Source: Archaeoglobus fulgidus DSM 4304
Lineage (GTDB): Archaea; Halobacteriota; Archaeoglobi; Archaeoglobales; Archaeoglobaceae
Direction: 5' to 3'
DNA: 32,000 nucleotides
Assembly: GCF_000008665.1 (NCBI RefSeq)
Contig: NC_000917.1
Span: 1,470,001 to 1,502,000 of the forward strand
Made by a program: the position numbers and the translations under genes. Within the stretch, counting starts at the first letter, position 1. Each line of letters opens with the position of its first letter. The notes beneath the pieces were generated by a model that worked only from the letters and a program-made list of their open reading frames with translations, was not told where the DNA came from and did no database searches. Shown in pieces: positions 8,317 through 15,751 of the stretch.

Positions 8317-9089
8317 TGAAGCTGGCAGCGATTCAGTGCAGGATTGGAGATTTTGGAAGTGCTGAAAGGCTGGCGATGGCTGCGGTTGAAGGTGGGGCTG
8401 AGCTCCTGCTCTTCCCGGAGTACTTCTCGTATTCAAGACTCGCTCCAGAGGTACTGGATGAAACTCTCTCTTTTTTAAAGCGAATAAGCTCTGAGCATGG
8501 TGTTGTTGTCTCGGGAAACGCTGTGGTTGACGAAAACGGATACAGGAACAGGTCATTCCTTTTTGACAGCGGAGAGCTTATCGGAGTTCAGGACAAGATT
8601 CATCCAACGAGAGTTGAGAGGGAGCTTGGAATTCAGTGCGGGACAAAGCTTCAGGTTTTTGAGGTCAGGGGGGCCATGATAAGCACTTTAGTTTGTGCCG
8701 ATATTCTGTATCCAGAAATATGCAGGGTTGCCGCCCTTAAGGGGGCTGAAATCGTCCTTAATCCCGTTGTTTCCTTCAGAAAATCCGAGCTGCCGGGTGA
8801 GGAGTACAGGTACTGCCTTTACTTCACCCGCTCCTTCGACAACGCCTACGCAATAGTCAAGGCTGGGGGGGTTGGCACAACCTTCACTGGCAGTGAAGCG
8901 GTGGGAAGAAGCCTCATCGCCAGCTTCGACGGCATTCTGGCGAGGTTCAGGGATGAGAATGCTGAGGAAGTTGTGATTGCTGATGTTGATTTGAAAAGGA
9001 TAAGGGAGTACAAGACGATAAACTACTCCCTCGTTGACAGAAATGTCAGGGCATACGAAGAGTTGCTGAACAAAAATTTTAAATCATAA
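8316..9089 (+). CDS. Carbon-nitrogen hydrolase (nitrilase superfamily) protein
   Basis: Glu-Lys-Cys triad context is present (LLLFPEYF, VQDKIHP, LVCADILYPE). SD GAGGAGG lies at 8304-8310. The start ATG 8316 abuts the stop of the upstream gene (TGATG). Confidence 0.8.
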   Translation: MKLAAIQCRIGDFGSAERLAMAAVEGGAELLLFPEYFSYSRLAPEVLDETLSFLKRISSEHGVVVSGNAVVDENGYRNRSFLFDSGELIGVQDKIHPTRVERELGIQCGTKLQVFEVRGAMISTLVCADILYPEICRVAALKGAEIVLNPVVSFRKSELPGEEYRYCLYFTRSFDNAYAIVKAGGVGTTFTGSEAVGRSLIASFDGILARFRDENAEEVVIADVDLKRIREYKTINYSLVDRNVRAYEELLNKNFKS

Positions 9090-9105
9090 TCATCTTTCAA
9101 GTTTC

Positions 9106-10017
9106 ATGGACAGCAGTCTTGCTAACATCAACCAAATTGATGTTCCGTCCAAGTATCTTCGACTCCTCCGCCCCGTTGCGTGGCTCTGCTTCCTGCTTCC
9201 TTACGCCGTGGGATTTGGATTCGGGATAACTCCAAACGCAAGCCTTCAGCACGCTGTTCTTGGCCTGCTCTCCTTTGCCTTCTGGATGGCCTTCAGCTTC
9301 ACGATAAATGCTTTATACGACAGAGATGTTGACAGGCTGCACGACGGCAGGGTGAAGGATTTGAACCTCTCCATGCAGCCGCTCGTTACCGGAGAGATCT
9401 CTGTGAGGGAGGCGTGGCTTTACTGCATTGCTTTCCTCGCCCTATCCCTCGCAACCGCCGCAGCAATCAACGAGAAGTTCTTCCTCGCAATGCTCGGGGC
9501 AAACATAATTGGCTATGTCTATTCTGCCCCTCCACGGTTCAAAGCTTGGCCTGTAATGGATGTTATCTGCAACGCCCTCGCAGCCGTTCTCGCCTTCTAC
9601 GCTGGGCTGAGCATTGGCGGGGCTGAGGTGCCGATTGCAATTTACCCTGCAGCCTTCTTCCTCGCGGCAACCTTCTACATCCCCACCGCCGTTTCGGACT
9701 ACGAGTTTGACAAAAAGGCGGGCTTGAAAAACACCCCGGTTTTCTTCGGCCCCGAGAGGGCTCTGAAGTCCCTGTACCCGCTTTCAGCCATAACCGTCAT
9801 TCTATGGGCCTACGTTTTTTTGATGGCTGAAAGAATTGAGATTAAAGTAATATCACCCCTCATAATCGCCTACACTCTGATTTACACCTTCATTATCAAC
9901 TCAAGGTGGGATGGCGAGAAGCTGAACGTTTCGCCAAACCTAATTCTGACACCTTTCGGCATAATATCTGCCCTATTCATCGCATACGGTTTTGCGGTAA
10001 TTTCGGTGTTGGGCTAA
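9106..10017 (+). CDS. UbiA-family integral membrane prenyltransferase
   Basis: 303-aa polytopic hydrophobic protein with two Asp-rich motifs (NALYDRDVD and DYEFDKKAG). The substrate cannot be assigned from sequence alone. Confidence 0.85.
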   Translation: MDSSLANINQIDVPSKYLRLLRPVAWLCFLLPYAVGFGFGITPNASLQHAVLGLLSFAFWMAFSFTINALYDRDVDRLHDGRVKDLNLSMQPLVTGEISVREAWLYCIAFLALSLATAAAINEKFFLAMLGANIIGYVYSAPPRFKAWPVMDVICNALAAVLAFYAGLSIGGAEVPIAIYPAAFFLAATFYIPTAVSDYEFDKKAGLKNTPVFFGPERALKSLYPLSAITVILWAYVFLMAERIEIKVISPLIIAYTLIYTFIINSRWDGEKLNVSPNLILTPFGIISALFIAYGFAVISVLG

Positions 10018-10066
10018 AAGGTAGAAACAGCAAAAGAATTTTAATTTAATTGCACAAGTATTTATC

Positions 10067-10537
10067 ATGGCGCTCACTCCAATGGACATTTACAAGCTTT
10101 TGCCGAAAACAAACTGCAAGAAATGCGGAGAGGCAACATGCATGAGCTTCGCTTTTAAGCTCCTCAACAGGGAAAAGAAGCTGGAAGATTGTAAGCCGCT
10201 TTACGAGGATAAGAAGTATGAGAGGCAGAGAAAGAAGCTGGAGGAGATGCTTAAACCGCTTGAGCAGGCAACAGAGACTGGTCTTATAGTGGATGAAAGC
10301 CTCTGCGTAGGTTGCGGTAACTGCGTTGTTGTCTGCCCCGTTCACGTTGAGAAAGACCCCAAGGGTGCTGCCATTGGCAACGGCCCTACCATTGAGGACC
10401 CGATTCTTAGAGTGGAGAATGGTGTTGTTAAGGTTGTGAACATGCAGGCCTGCAGGAGATACGGCAAAAACCGCGTCCTCTGTGTGGTTTGCAGGGAGAA
10501 CTGTCCGAGCGATGCGATAAGATTTCTGGAGGGATGA
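10067..10537 (+). CDS. Fe-S protein: N-terminal AcsC/CdhE/RnfB-type Fe-S cluster domain fused to a 2x[4Fe-4S] ferredoxin domain
   Basis: MALTPMDIYKLLPKTNCKKCGEATCMSFAFKLL...EDCKPL matches the LPKxNCxxCGxxTCxAFA Fe-S domain. CVGCGNCVVVCP and a second cluster region (CRRYG..CVVCRENCP) follow. The stop overlaps the fwdB start (ATGA). Confidence 0.75.
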   Translation: MALTPMDIYKLLPKTNCKKCGEATCMSFAFKLLNREKKLEDCKPLYEDKKYERQRKKLEEMLKPLEQATETGLIVDESLCVGCGNCVVVCPVHVEKDPKGAAIGNGPTIEDPILRVENGVVKVVNMQACRRYGKNRVLCVVCRENCPSDAIRFLEG

Positions 10538-11733
10538 TTATGATCTGCCCAGGTTGTTCCTGTCTGTGTGATGATATCTACATCAAGGACGGAAAGGTCT
10601 TCAACGCCTGCAGGAGAGGTGAGGAGATTTTTGCGAAGTACAACGAGAACAGGGCTGTAGCGAGGGTTGATGGAAAGGAGGTGGATGTTGACACAGCCAT
10701 AGAGAAGGCCATTGAAATTCTCAAGGATGCGAAGAATCCCGCAATTTACGGCCTCGATACGACAGTTGTTGAGGCTCAGAGTCTGGCGATAGAGGTTGCG
10801 GAGAAGCTCAACGGCTACATCGACGACAACTCCTCCTTCTGCCTTGGGGAGCTTGTTGAGGCTGTGCTTAAAGGGGAAATTCCGACAACAACGCTTGATG
10901 AGGTGAGGGACAACGCATACGTTCTGGTTTACTGGGGAACAAACCCCTACCACAGCCTTTCGAGGCACATGTCCAAGTACACCTACTATCCGAGGGGAAA
11001 GAGGAGGCCGAGGGGTTACGATGAGGACCGCTACTTAGTTGTTGTTGATGTGAGGAAAAGCGAGACTGCAAAGCTTGCTAAGAAGAACGCGAAGTTCATT
11101 CAGGTTGAAAGCGACGCTGAGCTTGTGGACTCCTTCATGAAGGTTGTTGATGGGAAAGCAGCGAAATACGCCAAGGAGGCTGGTGCGATAATCACGGAGA
11201 TGAAGAAGGCAGATTTCAACGTAATTTTCGGTGGTCTGGGTCTTAAATACGGCCTTAAAGACTTGAACATGTTCAAGGAGATGGTTAAAAAGCTGAATGA
11301 GGTGGCCAAGGTTTACTTCATTCCCGCAGGCTTCCACGGCAACATGAGGGGCTTCAACGAAACCCTCTTCGAGAAGGTTGGCTATGTGAACAAATACAGC
11401 TTCAGAGATGGTAAGAGCGGAGAGGAGTTTGCCTTCACGGAGCTTCTGAAGAACGAGAAGATTGACGCTGCCCTAATAGTGGGAACGGATCCAGTTTACT
11501 CACTCCCCTTCGACGTGTCATCCAAGCTCGGCAAGGTGAAAACCATAGTTATCGACCCGAGGATGAGCTTTACTGCCAGAATAGCGGATGTGGTCATTCC
11601 TTCAGCAATATCTGGCATAGAGGCAGGGGGAACGATGGTCAGGAGCGACGGTGTGAGGGTGATGCTTGAGCCTCTGGAAGAGAAAGAGGTTAACGACGTT
11701 TACATCCTTCAGAGGATTAAGGAGGGATTGTGA
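10534..11733 (+). CDS. fwdB: Formylmethanofuran dehydrogenase subunit B-like molybdo/tungstopterin oxidoreductase
   Basis: The N-terminal Cys cluster is MICPGCSCLCDD...C, with a candidate metal-ligand Cys in DDNSSFCLGE and MopB-type blocks (VLVYWGTNPYHS, ALIVGTDPVYSLP). The real start is ATG 10534 or 10540, not 10489. There is no in-frame TGA. Confidence 0.8.
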   Translation: MIMICPGCSCLCDDIYIKDGKVFNACRRGEEIFAKYNENRAVARVDGKEVDVDTAIEKAIEILKDAKNPAIYGLDTTVVEAQSLAIEVAEKLNGYIDDNSSFCLGELVEAVLKGEIPTTTLDEVRDNAYVLVYWGTNPYHSLSRHMSKYTYYPRGKRRPRGYDEDRYLVVVDVRKSETAKLAKKNAKFIQVESDAELVDSFMKVVDGKAAKYAKEAGAIITEMKKADFNVIFGGLGLKYGLKDLNMFKEMVKKLNEVAKVYFIPAGFHGNMRGFNETLFEKVGYVNKYSFRDGKSGEEFAFTELLKNEKIDAALIVGTDPVYSLPFDVSSKLGKVKTIVIDPRMSFTARIADVVIPSAISGIEAGGTMVRSDGVRVMLEPLEEKEVNDVYILQRIKEGL

Positions 11734-12092
11734 TGATGCGCTTTTCCAAGTTTCTGAAAGTTGAGGCAGACATCGTCGTGGCAAGGCACGCTCTGGTGAT
11801 GGACGAGACGAAGAGCAAAGCTGAGCCCGTCATATTCCTCCATCCTGAATTCGCCAAGAGGAGCGGTGTGAAGGAGGGGGATGTGGTTGAGGTTGAGGCT
11901 AACGGCAGAACTGTGAAGCTTAGAGCAAAGCTATCAGAAAACGCTCCCGAGAATGGTGGGATAATGCCCAACGGCATCTTCGCGAGCTACCTGACAGGCT
12001 TTGATGGTTTCAAGAGGTTCAAGGCCAATATTGAGGTGGCTGAGGGGGAGCCGACATCGTTTGAGGAGATTCTCGAAAAAATAAAAGGTTAA
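11733..12092 (+). CDS. fwdD: Formylmethanofuran dehydrogenase subunit D-like (molybdopterin dinucleotide-binding beta-barrel domain)
   Basis: About 119 aa with the typical FwdD/molydop_binding pattern (VIFLHPEFAKRSGVKEGDVVEVEANGRTVKLRAKLSENAPENGGIMP). SD AAGGAGGG lies at 11719-11726. The start overlaps the fwdB stop. Confidence 0.8.
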   Translation: MMRFSKFLKVEADIVVARHALVMDETKSKAEPVIFLHPEFAKRSGVKEGDVVEVEANGRTVKLRAKLSENAPENGGIMPNGIFASYLTGFDGFKRFKANIEVAEGEPTSFEEILEKIKG

Positions 12093-14821
12093 GAAACAAC
12101 AATATTTTTCACAACCACTTTTACAACCTTGTAGCTATAGTCAATCACGGCCATTTTCACCGTGTACTCCCCCGGTGAGCCGAAGGACATTGTTGTTGTT
12201 GCCCCCATCCTCATTCGGCCGTTGCTGAACACCCAGATGATCTGTTTATAGTTTATTCCTTCAACGTAGGCCTTGAAAGTAATTCTTTGACCTGCCTTTG
12301 GCTCTTCTGGCGTGTAGGTGAAGTCGGCAACAACCGCTTTCTCTTCGTAGGTGTAGCTTCCAACATTGCCCGCAAGGTCTTCCATGGTTATCTTAATGGT
12401 TGAATCTGCGATGCTGCACTTCCAGACGTCTCCTTCTCTCTGCATCTCAATACCGTTGGCCCTGGCCCACTTCAACTCTTCCGACGGTTTTACGATGAGC
12501 GTGTCGCTATTCTTTTCTACACTGAGAACTTCAGGTGGCTTTGTATCGAGAGTAAAGGTTAGCCTTTCACTTGCCGCATTCAAAGCTTCAACCCACCACG
12601 TGTGGTCTCCGTCAGCAATGTTTGCGTTTACAGTAATTTCCCCTGAACCATAGCCCTCATACACGGCGTTGCCGTCAACGTAGAGCGTAAAGGCAGCTTC
12701 AACGGGCAGCACAAATTTGAATTCTGCCTTGTTTGTTACGCCACTCGGCTCAAGCAGCTCTATCTGAATTTCAGGTAGGTTTATTTCAATGCTGTTAGCA
12801 TTTCCGGCCTTGTCAATAGCGGTGAGCTTTGCATGGGTTGATTTGACCACAACATCCCAGCTAATTCCGTCTCCACTTACACTGCAGTCACCTTCATCTA
12901 CTCTCAGCTCAACTTCTTCCGAGGTTCTGAGAACGACCTTGTAGCCATTATCGCTCCACCCCTCCTCAACTACAGTTATTTCAGGCTTGGTGATATCAAC
13001 TGTAATCAGAACGGTTTCTTCAGCCTTGTTTCCGTCATGGTCGATGGCGACAACTTTGACCTCATGTTTTCCTTCCGTGAGGGTGAGCTCCGGGGCTGTT
13101 TCAACACCATCCAGCAGGTAAATCACCTCATCCACCGCAGTTTCCGCATCATAGGCGCTGACAGCTAAGCTTAGCTCTGTGTAGTTTATGTACTCTGGAA
13201 GGGCCGGAAGCTCAATGACGGGTGTGTTGATGTCCCTGAGTGTTATATTGACGGTCATGTCGCCATCCGCTATGAAGGTGTGCTCAGCATAGCCCTCGGC
13301 AGAAACTGTTACAACAGCACCCTTTTCAACCATCAACGTGAAATAACCGTCATCATCCGTCTTTGTCATTTCTGAGCCCGCTTCAACAACCGCATCAACA
13401 GGCTTTCCGAGGGAGTTGAGAACGTAGCCCTCAACGGTAACCATAGGCTCATAAACTCTCAGGATTGTGGTTGTTGAGTTCTTTAACCCCTTGTCGTCGC
13501 ATGCGGTGATTTTGACCTGATACTCCCCACTCTTCTCGTAAACGTGGTTGATTCCCGGAGCTACCCACGAAGTTCCATCGCCGAACTCCCACTTAACCCA
13601 GACAACTTTACCATCCGGGTCGTAGGATAGGGATTTGAAGAATACCGGCTCTCCTGCCACCGGCTTTTCGGGAGTAATTTCGAAGAGAACCACTGGTGGC
13701 TGATTCTTTGAAACCTGCATGTTCATAGCTGCTGCAAAGGCCCTGTAAGCGTCAACGATACCGCTGCCCGACTTAACGTCCTTCCCAGCAATCTCAATGT
13801 CCGTTGCTGATTCTTCAATTGCCCTCTTAACGTCTTCTGGCGTAAAATCGGTATTTGCCTGAAGCAGTAGCGCAGCTATTCCCGAAACATGCGGTGTTGC
13901 CATTGACGTGCCTGAAAGGGAAGCGTAGCCCCCATCCTTCCACGTTGAAACAACCGCCACACCCGGAGCGACGACGTCGGGCTTAATGTACTCTGGATTG
14001 TAGCCAACAGGCCCGCGGCTGCTGAAGTAAGCAACTTTGCCGGCTTTGTCCACAGCTCCAACAGTTATTGCGTTCTCTGCCGAGCCGGGAGAGGCTATGC
14101 TCCTTTCCCCAAGCTCTCCCGAGTTCCCTGCAGCGATTACCGCCACAACTCCCCTTCTCACAATGTCGTTCACAGCCTCGCTCAGTATGTCGTGTCCGTT
14201 GGACGGGTAAACCACGTAGGCTGTAACGTCTGCCTCAACCTTTCTGTCTCCCGAATTTGTGAGCCTGATGGTCCAGTTGCCCTTTTCGAGGACAGTCGAT
14301 GGTGAATACTGGCAGTCGAAGTAAGAACTTGTGACGGTGCACTGAGGCTTTACTGCAGTCCCTGACGGTGAGATGAGCTGGAATTCGAAGCTTTCGGGAA
14401 TTTCTTTGGACAACGTGTGCATTACGATGAACCAGCCATTTGCAGTCCAGCCAGCGTTGCCGGTCTCAACGTCATCGTAAAAGCCGATTTCGGGTATTGC
14501 TATGTTGTCTATCCAGACATAGTTGTCACCGTACGACTCAAAAATTAGCCTTCCCGCAGTGCTGGAGCTTAACTGTATGCTCTTCCAGCTGTTGTAGGTT
14601 GCAGAAGACAGAGAGAGCAGCTCCTTGGTTTCCCCGTTCGCCTCAAGCTTAACAACAAAGCTCCCTCTCACATACCCTATAATGTCGAACTTAAGCGTGA
14701 AGGGCCTGTCAACGTCCATTTCAAGGGTCCTTGTTCCACCGTAAGGCGGCGCAGCCCAGACGTAGTTCACCGTGTCGGGATTAACCCTCAGCTTAATGTA
14801 ACTCGGCACGAAGTTGTCCAT
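12089..14821 (-). CDS. S8 protease, C-terminal fragment (inserted domains, Asn/Ser catalytic motifs, PKD, CarboxypepD_reg-like and Ig-like repeats)
   Basis: AAGNSG and GTSMATPHVSG are present, plus a PKD motif (WEFGDGT), a GYVLNSLGKPV...TDDDGYF domain and a second PKD-like domain at the C-terminus. The frame stays open upstream of ATG 14821, up to about 14958. Confidence 0.8.
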   Translation of the reverse strand: MDNFVPSYIKLRVNPDTVNYVWAAPPYGGTRTLEMDVDRPFTLKFDIIGYVRGSFVVKLEANGETKELLSLSSATYNSWKSIQLSSSTAGRLIFESYGDNYVWIDNIAIPEIGFYDDVETGNAGWTANGWFIVMHTLSKEIPESFEFQLISPSGTAVKPQCTVTSSYFDCQYSPSTVLEKGNWTIRLTNSGDRKVEADVTAYVVYPSNGHDILSEAVNDIVRRGVVAVIAAGNSGELGERSIASPGSAENAITVGAVDKAGKVAYFSSRGPVGYNPEYIKPDVVAPGVAVVSTWKDGGYASLSGTSMATPHVSGIAALLLQANTDFTPEDVKRAIEESATDIEIAGKDVKSGSGIVDAYRAFAAAMNMQVSKNQPPVVLFEITPEKPVAGEPVFFKSLSYDPDGKVVWVKWEFGDGTSWVAPGINHVYEKSGEYQVKITACDDKGLKNSTTTILRVYEPMVTVEGYVLNSLGKPVDAVVEAGSEMTKTDDDGYFTLMVEKGAVVTVSAEGYAEHTFIADGDMTVNITLRDINTPVIELPALPEYINYTELSLAVSAYDAETAVDEVIYLLDGVETAPELTLTEGKHEVKVVAIDHDGNKAEETVLITVDITKPEITVVEEGWSDNGYKVVLRTSEEVELRVDEGDCSVSGDGISWDVVVKSTHAKLTAIDKAGNANSIEINLPEIQIELLEPSGVTNKAEFKFVLPVEAAFTLYVDGNAVYEGYGSGEITVNANIADGDHTWWVEALNAASERLTFTLDTKPPEVLSVEKNSDTLIVKPSEELKWARANGIEMQREGDVWKCSIADSTIKITMEDLAGNVGSYTYEEKAVVADFTYTPEEPKAGQRITFKAYVEGINYKQIIWVFSNGRMRMGATTTMSFGSPGEYTVKMAVIDYSYKVVKVVVKNIVVS

Positions 14822-15600
14822 GTCATCGTAAACTTCTCCGAGGCTCGAATAAACCGGAAGATTAATTTCGTAGCTCTCTCCTGAGTTGAGAACTTTTCCG
14901 TAGCTCCCCCCAATCCGGGCAATGCTCCAAGACTCATGCTTATCACGTCCGCACCATTTTCATAGGCCCACTGTATCCCCATGAGAACGGTTGAGAGCTT
15001 CCCGCTCCCCCTGCTGTCGAGAACCTTTGCTGCCATGATTTCCGCTTCCGGAGCGACTCCTGTTATCTCTCCAGCGATTGTTCCTGCAACGTGAGTTCCG
15101 TGTCCGTTATCGTCGTAGGGCTCAGTTTGCCCGTTGACGAAGTCAGCAAAGGCTACGATTCTATCAGCAAAATCCGGGTGCCTCGCAACGCCGGTGTCTA
15201 TGACGGCAACCTTAACCCCGCTACCCTTGTAGCCCATTTTCCATACTCCCGAGACGTTTATGAAGTCAAGGTTCCACACGTCTGCTTCACTGACAGACGT
15301 TGCTGTGGTGGAGAAGAGATCAGGCATGGATAGCATCTGTATTTCGTCAACGGCCTTTACGTCGACGTCGGGATAGACTCCTTCAACATAGGGATTCTCC
15401 GACAGCTTTTTGATTTCATCTTCACTCAAATCAGCCGCAATGACGCTGAACAGCTCTATTTTCTTTGCTCCGTGCATTGTGGCAGCAACGTCATCCAGAT
15501 ATCCGTCCGCAACCTTTATAATCACTGGAACTCCTGCTGCCGTTTGGAGACTCACTATTATCACCAAGCTCATTATTATTATTGTCCTTATACTCATCAT
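14788..15600 (-). CDS. S8 protease, N-terminal fragment (signal peptide, propeptide, Asp and His catalytic motifs)
   Basis: MMSIRTIIIMSLVIIVSLQTAAG is the signal, and DTGV, HGTHVAG and SMSLG motifs follow. The last 37 codons after ...LGG (ATEKF...) look out of frame. Confidence 0.8.
   Translation of the reverse strand: MMSIRTIIIMSLVIIVSLQTAAGVPVIIKVADGYLDDVAATMHGAKKIELFSVIAADLSEDEIKKLSENPYVEGVYPDVDVKAVDEIQMLSMPDLFSTTATSVSEADVWNLDFINVSGVWKMGYKGSGVKVAVIDTGVARHPDFADRIVAFADFVNGQTEPYDDNGHGTHVAGTIAGEITGVAPEAEIMAAKVLDSRGSGKLSTVLMGIQWAYENGADVISMSLGALPGLGGATEKFSTQERATKLIFRFIRASEKFTMTWTTSCRVTLS
14906..14911 (-). other. C6 (plus) / G6 (minus) homopolymer at the protease frameshift; the minus strand reads G_GGG_GGA in the upstream frame
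   Basis: The minus strand reads ccc gga ttG GGG GGA gct. A -1 shift, or one extra G, gives ...LGGSYGKVLNSGESYEINLP..., which is continuous with the 910-aa ORF. Confidence 0.8.
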
Positions 15601-15621
15601 GAAAATCGGTCAAACCTTCCG

Positions 15622-15629
15622 TAAATAAA
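15622..15629 (-). promoter_or_regulatory. TATA-like box (TTTATTTA on the minus strand) 21 nt upstream of the protease ATG
   Basis: It lies in the 151-bp AT-rich spacer 15601-15751 and has the same leaderless-type spacing as 3763-3770 and 24847-24856. Confidence 0.3.
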
Positions 15630-15751
15630 TTTTTCTCACAAAATAGTAAATACCGAAAAAATTAGAATAACAAATTTAAGAATTAGTTAAAAAATATTAA
15701 CAACATTAAAAAAATTTATCCAAACTCAAGATAAAATTTCGAAATTGCTAC

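Larger units (their letters stand above)
12089..15600 (-). pseudogene. Secreted subtilisin-like (S8) serine protease of about 1170 aa with PKD/Ig-like repeats, interrupted by a single frameshift at a G6 tract
   Basis: The 14788-15600 ORF carries the signal peptide, an I9-like propeptide, Asp (VAVIDTGV) and His (HGTHVAG). The 12089-14821 ORF carries Asn (AAGNSG) and Ser (GTSMATPHVSG). The two frames are both open across 14788-14958, and adding one G at 14906-14911 fuses them. Confidence 0.7.

Noticed and set aside
8032-8556. 174-aa minus-strand ORF spanning the pantoate kinase / C-N hydrolase junction (also 7567-7896, 7572-7799 and 7821-8279)
   Set aside because: It is antisense to a tightly coupled plus-strand operon. 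The composition is Pro/Ser/Gln-rich with no motifs.
10342-10968. 208-aa minus-strand ORF overlapping the Fe-S protein and fwdB
   Set aside because: It is antisense to two well-supported, overlap-coupled genes and has no motifs.
10534-11733. Possible selenocysteine (in-frame TGA) in FwdB
   Set aside because: The reading frame is continuous, with a Cys (SSFCLGE) at the expected ligand position. No in-frame TGA is present and no SECIS-like element is needed.
14821-14821. ATG 14821 as the genuine start of an independent 910-aa gene
   Set aside because: The frame is open for a further 45 or so codons upstream. The product would begin in the middle of a subtilase catalytic domain, with no signal peptide and no Asp/His. 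A frameshifted single gene is the better explanation.
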